From the NCBI GenBank assembly GCA_030598065.1, contig JAUVQR010000005.1:1-22072 (forward strand): 22,072 bases of DNA, written 5' to 3'. The notes below the pieces were generated by a model. That model did no database searches and was not told where the DNA came from. It was given only the letters and a program-made list of their open reading frames with translations. The DNA is from Planctomycetota bacterium (GTDB lineage Bacteria > Planctomycetota > Brocadiia > Brocadiales > Bathyanammoxibiaceae). A program made the translations under genes and the position numbers. Shown here piece after piece: positions 1 to 8,229 of this stretch. Each line of letters starts with the position of its first letter. Position 1 is the stretch's first letter.

Positions 1-270
1 CACCGGCGAAGGGGTATGTACCATCCCTGCAAAACGAAGATTTGAGGAGTTAAACGAAAACTCTCGGCTTTAGGACGTCCTCAAGGCTATTCGTTACAGT
101 GCCTTATAAATAACACAAACGGGGCTTTAAGTCAACTTGGGCATGCTCCACAAAGGCTTGAATATGCCGTTAATACCGTATATTATACGCGAAAACCCGA
201 AAGCACATAGGTGAGGGTCAAATAATGAAACAGTCTACCAGGGACAATTGAGCATCCACTCAAGACCTCT

Positions 271-900
271 TTAAGGTTCTCGCCTTGACCGTGCTTCCTT
301 ATTTATAAATGCCAGCAACTTTTCTCTAAATTTCCCAAGCGCGCGGTTGCGGTGGCTTATCTGGTTTTTAATTTCCGGGCCCAGTTCGGCGAAGGTCTTG
401 GTGTGACCTGTTGGATAAAAGACCGGGTCGTAACCGAAGCCGTGTTCGCCCCTGTGTTCTTCAGATATTACCCCCGAACACTCCCCCTCGACCACGAAGA
501 CAAGTCCCTCCGGCCTGGCCAGGGCAATGGCACAAACGAATCTTGCAGTACGCCGCTCCTTCGGTATATCTTTGAGCGCATCGAGAAGTTTCCGGTTATT
601 GTTCTCATACGAGACGTCTTCACCCGCATAGCGCGCCGACCGCACGCCGGGCTCTCCGCCGAGGGCGTCCACCTCCAGCCCCGAGTCGTCGGCCACGGTC
701 CACTCCCCGGTGAACCGCGCGCACTCAACGGCCTTCTTGACGGCGTTTTCTTTGAACGTCCGGCCGTCCTCTATGACCTCCGGCAGCGGCGCCGTCTCAT
801 CAGGGGTGATGAGTTCTACGGGACGGCCATCTAGTATTTCGCGGACCTCTCTCAGCTTATGGGAGTTTGTAGTAGCAATGAGTATTCGGCGCAACGGCAA
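271..900 (-). CDS. rdgB: Non-canonical purine NTP pyrophosphatase (RdgB/HAM1 family, dITP/XTP pyrophosphatase)
   Basis: 209-aa ORF with a TTG start at 900 preceded by GAGG. Family motifs ATTNSHKLREV, FGYDPVF and ISHRNRAL are present. It lies downstream of rph, as in Bacillus subtilis (rph-ysnA). Confidence 0.9.
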   Translation of the reverse strand: MPLRRILIATTNSHKLREVREILDGRPVELITPDETAPLPEVIEDGRTFKENAVKKAVECARFTGEWTVADDSGLEVDALGGEPGVRSARYAGEDVSYENNNRKLLDALKDIPKERRTARFVCAIALARPEGLVFVVEGECSGVISEEHRGEHGFGYDPVFYPTGHTKTFAELGPEIKNQISHRNRALGKFREKLLAFINKEARSRREP

Positions 901-1040
901 AAAACCTCAGAATCCCACAGAACGGGATGGACAACGAAGCCATGTATCAGGTGGAACGTCGTGCAGCGTTAAAACCCTGCTGCATCCTGTTTTCTTATGA
1001 TAATACTAATAGGGCCGGGGCTCCATCCCCGGTCAAACAT

Positions 1041-1778
1041 CTAACGAGCAGAAACAATCTCTATGCCGCCCAGCGCTTCTTTCTGCAGCCCGGTCAGTTC
1101 TTCAATACCCTTCCTGGACAACGCGAGCATCTCCGCAAGCTGGCCGTCGCTAAACGTGTACCCTTCTCCGGTGCCCTGTATCTCTATGAACCGTCCGCTG
1201 CCGGTCATGACCACGTTCATGTCCACCTGGGCCCCGGCGTCTTCAACATAGTTCAGGTCCAGTAACGCCTCATCCTTTACAATACCCACGCTGACGGCGG
1301 CTATGGTCTCCTTTAGCGGTATTGCGGCAAGCTTTTCCTTCTCTTTTATCTTGTTGAGCGCGTCAACCAGGGCCACGAACGCGCCCGTTATCGCGGCGGT
1401 ACGAGTCCCCCCGTCGGCCTGAATGACGTCACAATCCACCCATATCGTCCTGTCGCCAAGCTTTGTCATGTCAACCACCGACCTCATGCACCTGCCTATA
1501 AGGCGCTGTATCTCATGCGTGCGCCCGCCAACCCGGCCACGGCTCGACTCCCTGGACGTACGGCCGGCCGTGGAACCCGGAAGCAGTGAATATTCCGACG
1601 TTACCCAGCCCCGGCCGGAACCTAAGAGGTGGCGCGGCACTCCGTCCTCCACACTGACGGTGCAGAGGACCTTCGTGTCTCCAGTCTCTATCAGCACGGA
1701 ACCCGCCGCAAATTTGGTGTAGCTCCTTGTTATCACTACGGGCCTGAGTTCATCGGGCTCTCTGCCGTCTACTCTCAT
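1041..1778 (-). CDS. rph: Ribonuclease PH
   Basis: 245-aa ORF with an ATG start and GGAGGAGG about 11 nt upstream. The N-terminus RxDGRxxDELRPV and the [13 protein letters not shown] phosphate-binding segment are typical of RNase PH. It starts 23 nt after the argF stop. Confidence 0.93.
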   Translation of the reverse strand: MRVDGREPDELRPVVITRSYTKFAAGSVLIETGDTKVLCTVSVEDGVPRHLLGSGRGWVTSEYSLLPGSTAGRTSRESSRGRVGGRTHEIQRLIGRCMRSVVDMTKLGDRTIWVDCDVIQADGGTRTAAITGAFVALVDALNKIKEKEKLAAIPLKETIAAVSVGIVKDEALLDLNYVEDAGAQVDMNVVMTGSGRFIEIQGTGEGYTFSDGQLAEMLALSRKGIEELTGLQKEALGGIEIVSAR

Positions 1779-1801
1779 CCTGTTGACTGCCTCCTCCGTC
1801 T

Positions 1802-2734
1802 TTAACCCGTTAAAAGTATTTTCAGTATCGCCTTTTGCACGTGCAGACGGTTTTCCGCCTGATCATACACGATGGAATTGGGGCCGTCCAGCACATCACC
1901 GGATATCTCTTCACCCCGGTGGGCGGGTAAGCAGTGCATAACCAGGACGTCCTTTTTTGCGCCGGCCACCAGGGCCGCGTCCACACAGTAGCCCCGAAAG
2001 TCTCTTCGCTTCTTTTCCGCCTCGGCCTCCTGGCCCATACTTATCCAGGTGTCGGTGTAAACCACGTCGGCTCCGGCCACCGCTTCACTTGGGTCTGTGG
2101 TTGCGCTTAGAGGGCTATGCGTCACCGACGCACTTATCTTGTCAAGAAACTCGTTGTCCAGCCCGTACCCACGCGGAGACGCGATACAGAAACCAACACC
2201 CAGCTTTGCGCAGAGCATCGCCAGCGAGCGGGCCATGTTGTTGCCATCACCGATGAATGACACCTTCACCCCCTCCAGCGTACCGCGCTTCTCTCTAACG
2301 GTGTAGAGGTCCGTCAACGCCTGGCAGGGGTGAGTGTAGTCGGAGAGGGCGTTGATGACCGGCACGGTAGAGTCCTTCGCCATCTCAAGCACCGTCTCAT
2401 GTCTGAACGTCCTGAGTGCGATAACGTCTACGTACCTTGAAAGGGTCTTGGCCACGTCCCTGACCGACTCCCTGTGGCCCAGGTCTATGTCCTGGCGGCT
2501 CAAATAAATGGTGCCGCCTCCCAGCTGCCTCATGGCCACGTCAAAAGAGACACGGGTCCTGAGCGAACTCTTTTCAAAGACCAGCGCCAGGGTCTTCCCC
2601 GCAAGGGGTTTTTCCGTGCCGGCCCCGCTGCCCCCCCCGCCCCGTGAAGACTTAAGCTCCGCTGTCTGGCGGAAAATATCCTCTATGTCACCAACGCTCA
2701 GGTCGGCGACGGTGATGAGATGTTTGGGCCACAT
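1802..2734 (-). CDS. argF: Ornithine carbamoyltransferase
   Basis: 310-aa ORF with motifs FEKSSLRTR (an SLRTR variant of STRTR), [18 protein letters not shown] and [10 protein letters not shown]. The SMG and HCLP motifs indicate ornithine specificity. It starts 15 nt after the argD stop. Confidence 0.92.
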   Translation of the reverse strand: MWPKHLITVADLSVGDIEDIFRQTAELKSSRGGGGSGAGTEKPLAGKTLALVFEKSSLRTRVSFDVAMRQLGGGTIYLSRQDIDLGHRESVRDVAKTLSRYVDVIALRTFRHETVLEMAKDSTVPVINALSDYTHPCQALTDLYTVREKRGTLEGVKVSFIGDGNNMARSLAMLCAKLGVGFCIASPRGYGLDNEFLDKISASVTHSPLSATTDPSEAVAGADVVYTDTWISMGQEAEAEKKRRDFRGYCVDAALVAGAKKDVLVMHCLPAHRGEEISGDVLDGPNSIVYDQAENRLHVQKAILKILLTG

Positions 2735-2749
2735 ATCAGTCCGCCCCGT

Positions 2750-3949
2750 TTATTCCTGCTGATATTCTTTGAGCACGCCTTCCAGAATCGCAATCCCCTC
2801 GTCTATATGCTTTTTCCTGACGTTGAGGGGCGGCATAAACCGGAGGACCTTCTCCTGCGTGCAGTTGAGAAGAAGACCCTTCTCCATACATCTCTTTACC
2901 ACGGTCATCCCCTCCTTCTTGAGCTCAACACCTATCATAAGGCCGACGCCCCTCACTTCCTTTACAAGGTCTCCAAATCTCTCGGCAAGGGAGTTAAGCC
3001 TCTCCATAGAATACGCGCCCATCTCGGAGCAATTCTCCAACAGCCCCTCTATCCGAATCGTGTCGAAGACGGCCACACCGGCCGCGCAGGCCAGCGGGTT
3101 TCCGCCAAAAGTGGTGGCGTGGCTGCCGGGCACAAGGCTCTTGGCAAGCTCGGCCCTTGCCGTCATCGCGCCGATTGCCGTGCCGTTGCCGAGCGACTTG
3201 GCAAGCGTCATAATATCCGGAGTTATTCCGTAGTGCTGGTACGCGAAATACTTCCCCGTGCGCCCCATGCCGCACTGGACCTCATCCAGTATCAGCAGCA
3301 GCCTGTGCTCATCACAGAGACGCCTCAGGCCCTTGAGATACTCCTGGGATGCGATATTTATCCCTCCCTCGCCCTGTATCGGCTCCAGCATCACCGCGCA
3401 TGTCTTGTCGTCAACGGCCTCTTTGACCGCATCAAGGTCATCAAACGGCACAAAGGTAAAACCCTCGAGCATGGGCGAGAAACCTTTGTGATACTTCGGT
3501 TGTGCGGTCGCGGCGAGCGCGGCCATGGTGCGTCCGTGAAAGGAGTTATGCATGGTAATTATCTTGTACCTCTCCTGAGGGCTGTAGTGTATCCTGGCCA
3601 GCTTGATTGCCGCCTCGTTGGCCTCGGCGCCGCTGTTACAGAAGAAACACATGCCGCCGAAGGAGCTGTCTGATATCAGCTTTGCCAGGGCCCCCTGGGG
3701 CTCTGTGTAGAAAATGTTCGGGGCATGGACGAGCGTCTTGGCCTGCCTGCTGATGGCGCTTGTCACCCTGGGATGACAGTGACCCAGATTGCTCACCGCC
3801 CAGCCGGAAAAGAGGTCCAAGTACCTCTTGCCCTCGCTATCCCACAGGTACATACCCTTACCCCTGGTAAGGACCACCGCGTTTCTGATATAATTGGGTA
3901 CGACGTATTTTTTAAAACTCTCTATCGTGCTGTTAGTATCCGTTTTCAC
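2750..3949 (-). CDS. argD: Acetylornithine aminotransferase (class III PLP aminotransferase)
   Basis: 399-aa ORF with a GTG start. It carries LILDEVQCGMGRTGK and the PLP-lysine segment DIMTLAKSLGNG. Placement directly upstream of argF supports ArgD over other class III enzymes. Confidence 0.88.
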   Translation of the reverse strand: MKTDTNSTIESFKKYVVPNYIRNAVVLTRGKGMYLWDSEGKRYLDLFSGWAVSNLGHCHPRVTSAISRQAKTLVHAPNIFYTEPQGALAKLISDSSFGGMCFFCNSGAEANEAAIKLARIHYSPQERYKIITMHNSFHGRTMAALAATAQPKYHKGFSPMLEGFTFVPFDDLDAVKEAVDDKTCAVMLEPIQGEGGINIASQEYLKGLRRLCDEHRLLLILDEVQCGMGRTGKYFAYQHYGITPDIMTLAKSLGNGTAIGAMTARAELAKSLVPGSHATTFGGNPLACAAGVAVFDTIRIEGLLENCSEMGAYSMERLNSLAERFGDLVKEVRGVGLMIGVELKKEGMTVVKRCMEKGLLLNCTQEKVLRFMPPLNVRKKHIDEGIAILEGVLKEYQQE

Positions 3950-3990
3950 CGGTCTTACCTACCATAAGTTAAGGGGGAGATAGTCGGCGT

Positions 3991-4019
3991 ATTATTGCAC
4001 AGCAAAAAAGCACAATCAA
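3991..4019 (-). promoter_or_regulatory. Candidate sigma70-type promoter for argD-argF-rph
   Basis: The minus strand reads TTGATT (4019-4014), a 17-nt spacer, then AATAAT (3996-3991), about 40 nt upstream of the argD GTG. Confidence 0.4.
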
Positions 4020-4119
4020 GTTGAATTCTAGCCCGCTGCATTCGCCGGGCGTGTAACAGGATAGTAGTTGCCTTTTAAGACGGAAGATGTTATTTTTTCT
4101 CGTAAAGAACAAACAAGAG

Positions 4120-4593
4120 ATGATTCTCAAGACGAATAAAATTATGTTAATCCAGTTGGCCCTTATCGCGCTCTTTCTTGCCGGGTGCTCCGGTATGTCA
4201 ACGGACTGGGGCGTGGGCTTTATGCAAGGCGTAAGGAGCATCCCTCAACACGACTTCACCCCCGAGCAAAAGGAAAAGGCGATTGCGGCGAAGGAGCGTT
4301 TCAGAAAACCGTTCATTGCCGAGTTGAAGAACAAACTTGAGGAGAACGACCTTGGAAACCTGAAGGGTTGGCTGGTCTTCTTCGACTTCTTTTCAGACGG
4401 CACCATCAAGACCGCCAACGTGTGGGTTTACACCTACTGGGGAGCGGAGCAGCGGTATAACGTGTTCAGCGTGCCTCTGGAGTCCTTCCTGGACAGCAGC
4501 CAACAGCAAGACATCATAGACGAATCCACACAAGAAGTAACCAGCCTGCTGCAGAGGAAGGCCACCTTCCGATACCAGCAGACAGTTGATTAG
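4120..4593 (+). CDS. Hypothetical lipoprotein
   Basis: The ORF is open from 4087. Starting at the ATG at 4120 gives the signal peptide MILKTNKIMLIQLALIALFLAG|C with a canonical lipobox (LAGC). There is no recognisable catalytic motif. The start codon is uncertain (4087, 4120 or 4144). Confidence 0.6.
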   Translation: MILKTNKIMLIQLALIALFLAGCSGMSTDWGVGFMQGVRSIPQHDFTPEQKEKAIAAKERFRKPFIAELKNKLEENDLGNLKGWLVFFDFFSDGTIKTANVWVYTYWGAEQRYNVFSVPLESFLDSSQQQDIIDESTQEVTSLLQRKATFRYQQTVD

Positions 4594-4605
4594 CCCGGTC
4601 ATCCG

Positions 4606-5562
4606 CTAGAAGGAAGTGTACATGACACTGCTGAAGGCGCCGTGGGGTATTATGGCCCTGAAGCCGTTGACCGTCTCAGTCAGATTGGCCATCATATTCT
4701 GCAGGTCTTCATAGAGGTCTTCATTCCTCATCAGCTTACCCAGCGTTCCCTCTCCCCTGACCAGCTTGCCAAGTATGATGTTGGCGTTTTCCACGGAAGC
4801 CGTCAGCTGGTCGAACAGCACATCATCCATGAAAAGCTTTCCCATGGTACCCTCACCCTTTGATATCTTGGCCAGCAGAAAGTTCGCGTTGTTTACCGTC
4901 TCCTTGAAATCTTCAAATAATTCGTCATCATCCAGGAGCTTGCCCATGGTGCCCTCGCCCCGCGCCATCTTGCCCATAATGACGTTGGCATTGGTAACCG
5001 CACCCTTCAATTCGTCAAATATCTCCTCATCGGTAAACAGCTTACCCATCGCGCCCTCTCCGTTCTCCAGTCTTGCCATAATAGTTTTGGCGCTCTCAAG
5101 GGTATCGGAAAGGAGTTCAATGCTGCTCATGGCCTGGTCCAGCCTTACCAGCATGTCGCTGAAGCCGGGGATATCCCTGCTCTTTATTACGCTGCCCGGA
5201 GGCAGTAACGGCCTATCCGGCGGTACCAGGGTTATGTCCACATAGCTCTTGCCGAAGAGAAAATCGGGCACTATCGCCGCAAGACTGCCCTCACGTATCG
5301 GAATATTCTTTTCGATGCCCATCTTCACCAGTATCTTGCCGTCCTCAACGGTTACTTCCCTAACCTCACCAACATACATCCCGGAAAGAGAGACCTTTGA
5401 ACCACTCTTGAGTCCCTTGGAGCCCTGGAAAAAGGCCTTGTACTCGTTGTGCCTCTTGAAGAAACGGCCTATCTGCTCCACCCTGAAGGTTATCAGCCCC
5501 AGGATTATCATTCCTATGATAAAAAATATACCGACCTTCTTTGCCTGTGCCGGCGAAGCCAT
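4606..5562 (-). CDS. mlaD: MlaD/MCE-family substrate-binding protein with a C-terminal tandem-repeat extension
   Basis: 318-aa ORF with GGGGAGAG 8 nt upstream of the ATG. It has an N-terminal TM helix (GIFFIIGMIILGLITF) and an MCE-like core, and follows mlaE-mlaF. The C-terminal half consists of four ~34-aa GEGTMGKL repeats. Confidence 0.85.
   Translation of the reverse strand: MASPAQAKKVGIFFIIGMIILGLITFRVEQIGRFFKRHNEYKAFFQGSKGLKSGSKVSLSGMYVGEVREVTVEDGKILVKMGIEKNIPIREGSLAAIVPDFLFGKSYVDITLVPPDRPLLPPGSVIKSRDIPGFSDMLVRLDQAMSSIELLSDTLESAKTIMARLENGEGAMGKLFTDEEIFDELKGAVTNANVIMGKMARGEGTMGKLLDDDELFEDFKETVNNANFLLAKISKGEGTMGKLFMDDVLFDQLTASVENANIILGKLVRGEGTLGKLMRNEDLYEDLQNMMANLTETVNGFRAIIPHGAFSSVMYTSF
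4663..5061 (-). repeat. Four tandem ~102-nt (34-aa) coding repeats inside mlaD
   Basis: Residues 168-300 read GEGAMGKLFTDEEIFDEL...NANVIMGKMAR, GEGTMGKLLDDDELFEDF...NANFLLAKISK, GEGTMGKLFMDDVLFDQL...NANIILGKLVR and GEGTLGKLMRNEDLYEDL...MANLTETV. Confidence 0.85.
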
Positions 5563-5584
5563 AACGACACTCTCCCCTTAAAAT

Positions 5585-6397
5585 TTAGAGACTGAGACTT
5601 TTGTCAAAGAATTTTCCCTCTTCCTGCCTCTTAAACCTGCTTATAAACTGCTCTACCACAGGGTTCGTACTCCGCCAGAATTCTTCAGGCGTACCCTGTT
5701 CCACAATCTTACCTTCGTATATCATAGCAATATAGTCCACCGTTTTAAAAGCAGAATCCATATCATGGGTTACAACCACCATCGTCTTCTTTAACTTGTT
5801 TTTAAGGTCTATCATCAGGGCGTCGATACGCTCGGCCATTACGGGGTCAAGACCCGTGGTAGGCTCGTCGAAGAGGATTATATCCGGGTCCATAGCCAGC
5901 GCCCTGGCAATTCCCACCCTCTTCTTCATTCCACCGCTCAATTCGCCCGGTAACAGGGACTCCTTCCCGCGCAACCCCACAAGCGCGAGCTTCTCGCCCA
6001 CAATCTCGTCTATCTGTTTCCTGCTGAGCCGGCGCTGCTCGGTAAGGCCCAGTCCCACATTCTGCCCGACCGTAAGAGAGTTAAGTAGCGCCGAACCCTG
6101 AAAGACCATCGCAAACCGCCGCCGCAGGGCCTCCAGGTCCCTGCCCGTCTTTCCGGTCAGCTCCCGGCCGAGTATAAATATCTGGCCTGAAGTGGGCCTG
6201 GCCAGGCCAATCATGTGCTTGAGCAGCACGCTCTTACCCGCCCCGCTACTGCCTACTATGGCGGTGGCCGTTCCGGTGTGGACCTTCAGGTCGAGGCCCC
6301 TGAGCACGTGATTGCCCCTGAACCATTTGTGCAACTGCCGCACCTCAATGGCCGTATCCGTTGCAGTCCCTTTTGTGTCTAAGCCTACTACAGCCAT
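5585..6397 (-). CDS. mlaF: ABC transporter ATP-binding protein, MlaF-like
   Basis: 270-aa ORF with Walker A GSSGAGKS, ABC signature LSGGMKKR and Walker B IILFDEPTTGLD. It overlaps the mlaE stop by 10 nt. Confidence 0.9.
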   Translation of the reverse strand: MAVVGLDTKGTATDTAIEVRQLHKWFRGNHVLRGLDLKVHTGTATAIVGSSGAGKSVLLKHMIGLARPTSGQIFILGRELTGKTGRDLEALRRRFAMVFQGSALLNSLTVGQNVGLGLTEQRRLSRKQIDEIVGEKLALVGLRGKESLLPGELSGGMKKRVGIARALAMDPDIILFDEPTTGLDPVMAERIDALMIDLKNKLKKTMVVVTHDMDSAFKTVDYIAMIYEGKIVEQGTPEEFWRSTNPVVEQFISRFKRQEEGKFFDKSLSL

Positions 6398-7182
6398 AGT
6401 CTGGTAACGAAATAGTTAAAGATGTATACGCTTACAAACGAGAAAACCACCGAATTAGTCGTGGCGAGACCTACCTCCCCGGGACCGCCCACGGTAACAA
6501 GACCCCGGTGGCAGCTTACTATGGCAATAACGACGCCAAATACCGCGGCCTTCACCAGCCCCTTCGCCAGGTCCTCTACGGTCATCCACGCCTCTATGTT
6601 CTCAACGTAAGCCATAAACGGCACGCCAAAATTCGCCTTGGCTACCGCGGCTCCGCCTATCATGCCTACCAGATCCACGTAGATGACCAGTATCGGCAAC
6701 ATAAGCAGACATGCAAGAAACCTGGGCATCACCAGGTAGCGCACGGGATTGATGCCCAGCGTCTTCAGGGCGTCAATCTCTTCGGAGACGCTCATGGTAG
6801 CTATCTCAGCCGTAATAGCGGCGCCTATCCTGCCTATCACCAGTATGGCCGTCAGCACGGGGCCCAGCTCACGCGTCATAGACAGGGCGACTATAGCACC
6901 GATACTTTCCTCCTGACCAAACTCTTTTAGCGCAATCCCCGTCTGAAGGGCCAGCACGAAGCCGACAAACACCGCTGTCAGGGTCGCAATCGGCAGCGTA
7001 TCGGCGCCCACCTTGCCCATCTGGAAAAGCACCTTATCCACGTTCTTGAAGACGGCCCGGCACCACAGTATGGTCATCGCCAGCAACAGGCACATCTCCC
7101 CAACCCTCTGAAAGAAATTGAGGAGCCCGTTACCAAGGGCAATAAAGCATCTCCCGAATTTCGTTCTGCCCGGCCTGCTCAT
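6388..7182 (-). CDS. mlaE: ABC transporter permease, MlaE-like
   Basis: Polytopic membrane protein of the MlaE/YrbE family. The preferred start is the ATG at 7182 (MSRPGRTKFG...), which forms an ATGA overlap with the argB stop. The upstream part of the computed ORF (to 7305) lies inside argB. Confidence 0.85.
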   Translation of the reverse strand: MSRPGRTKFGRCFIALGNGLLNFFQRVGEMCLLLAMTILWCRAVFKNVDKVLFQMGKVGADTLPIATLTAVFVGFVLALQTGIALKEFGQEESIGAIVALSMTRELGPVLTAILVIGRIGAAITAEIATMSVSEEIDALKTLGINPVRYLVMPRFLACLLMLPILVIYVDLVGMIGGAAVAKANFGVPFMAYVENIEAWMTVEDLAKGLVKAAVFGVVIAIVSCHRGLVTVGGPGEVGLATTNSVVFSFVSVYIFNYFVTRLWL

Positions 7183-8051
7183 AAGACTATCTGCGTACCG
7201 ATACCCTTGTCTGTAAATATCTCGAGTAAAAGAGAGTGAGATATCCTGCCGTCGATTATATGGGCCTTTTTCACGCCGGACTCCATGGCCCTGAGACATG
7301 CCCACGACTTGGGCAGCATACCGCCCCCTATCACCCCGCTCTCCACAAGAGACATCACCTCCGCCTTGGACAGGCTGGAAACGGTGGAATCATCATGAAC
7401 GGGGTCTGACATTATGCCGTGCGTGTTCGAGAGAAACACCAGTTTCTCCACCTTCAGGGAACCAGCTATGAATGAGGCCACACTGTCGGCGTTTACGTTC
7501 AACAAGCCGTCTCGCCCGCCAGCTATCGGCGGTATAACAGGTATCTTGCCGGCCTTGCACGCCTTATTAAAGGCCCTTTCGTCTATAGATAACAGGTCCC
7601 CCACATGACCCAGGTCTATCTTCTTGCCGCCCTCATCGGTAATCATGTGCTTCTGCGCCTTTAGAGGAGGATGCCCGTCTCTCCACAGATTGACGCCGTC
7701 ACAATCAAGGCCTTCCAGCTCGCTGATAATCCCTTTGTTAATGTCGTTTATAAGTATGTCCACCACTATATCAAGCGTTTCCTGGTCGGTCACGCGATGC
7801 CCATGTACAAACCTGGGCTCTTTGCCCCTCCTGGCCATCTCCTCGCTGATGTGAGGACCGCCCCCATGCACCAGTATCGGCCTCATGCCCACGGTCTTCA
7901 TGAAGACCACGTCCTCAAGGAGCCCGCGGAGCTCCCCGACCGAAGCCAGGGCGCTACCACCCAGCTTAATTACAACCAGTTTATCCCTGAATGCCCTTAT
8001 GTATGGCAGGGCCTCTATCAGTATGTCCGCCTTATGTATTGCCTCTTCCAC
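7179..8051 (-). CDS. argB: Acetylglutamate kinase
   Basis: Motifs ALPYIRAFRDKLVVIKLGGSA and LVHGGGP match the amino-acid kinase family. The preferred start is the GTG at 8051 (GAGAGG 6 nt upstream), giving a typical 13 residues before ALPYI. The computed ORF start at 8129 lies upstream of the candidate promoter at 8082-8110, so that promoter could not express it. Confidence 0.88.
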   Translation of the reverse strand: MEEAIHKADILIEALPYIRAFRDKLVVIKLGGSALASVGELRGLLEDVVFMKTVGMRPILVHGGGPHISEEMARRGKEPRFVHGHRVTDQETLDIVVDILINDINKGIISELEGLDCDGVNLWRDGHPPLKAQKHMITDEGGKKIDLGHVGDLLSIDERAFNKACKAGKIPVIPPIAGGRDGLLNVNADSVASFIAGSLKVEKLVFLSNTHGIMSDPVHDDSTVSSLSKAEVMSLVESGVIGGGMLPKSWACLRAMESGVKKAHIIDGRISHSLLLEIFTDKGIGTQIVL

Positions 8052-8081
8052 AGCTCCCCTCTCTTGAATCCGGTTCACGAA

Positions 8082-8110
8082 ACTATAACACCTGCCGCCC
8101 TTTGCGTCAA
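8082..8110 (-). promoter_or_regulatory. Candidate sigma70-type promoter for argB-mlaEFD
   Basis: The minus strand reads TTGACG (8110-8105), a 17-nt spacer, then TATAGT (8087-8082), about 30 nt upstream of the GTG at 8051. Confidence 0.5.
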
Positions 8111-8147
8111 TTGCATAACACCAGTACATTTAACGCCATACGACTTG

Positions 8148-8176
8148 TTGACTACGCCCGACGGTAGAACTATAAT
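8148..8176 (+). promoter_or_regulatory. Near-consensus sigma70-type promoter for the 8230 gene
   Basis: TTGACT (8148-8153), a 17-nt spacer, then TATAAT (8171-8176), with GGGAGG and an ATG at 8230 downstream. Confidence 0.55.
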
Positions 8177-8229
8177 AGTTGACACGCATTATCAGTCTTA
8201 ACGATACGTACCAGGACGGGAGGTTTCCA

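Noticed and set aside
901-1040. A hairpin, CCGGGG-atggag-CCCCGG (about 1013-1032), after rph as a strong terminator separating rph from rdgB
   Set aside because: The stem is short (6-7 bp) and the minus-strand tail (CTATTAGTATTAT) is not a clean U-tract. I could not find a convincing rdgB promoter either, so read-through co-transcription remains equally likely.
2720-3673. A 317-aa plus-strand ORF lying antisense to argD
   Set aside because: It lies entirely inside the well-supported argD gene on the opposite strand and has a low-complexity, Arg/His/Leu-rich composition with no motifs. Long antisense ORFs of this kind are typical of GC-rich DNA.
3991-4035. A possible ArgR operator (ARG box) in the argD upstream region, with TTGAATTC at 4021-4028
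   Set aside because: Only a half-site-like TGAAT is present. No 18-bp palindrome or tandem box pair resembling TNTGAATWWWWATTCANW could be found.
7183-7305. An N-terminal extension of the mlaE ORF by 41 codons
   Set aside because: The extension lies inside argB in another frame. The ATG at 7182 forms a classic ATGA coupling with the argB stop, and the family-like sequence starts there.
8145-8158. An exact 14-nt match, TTGTTGACTACGCC, between 8145-8158 and 19302-19315
   Set aside because: By rough estimate about one such same-strand 14-mer match is expected by chance in 22 kb. The second copy spans the stop codon of rSAM-2 and has no -10 box at the right spacing, so it is not a shared promoter.
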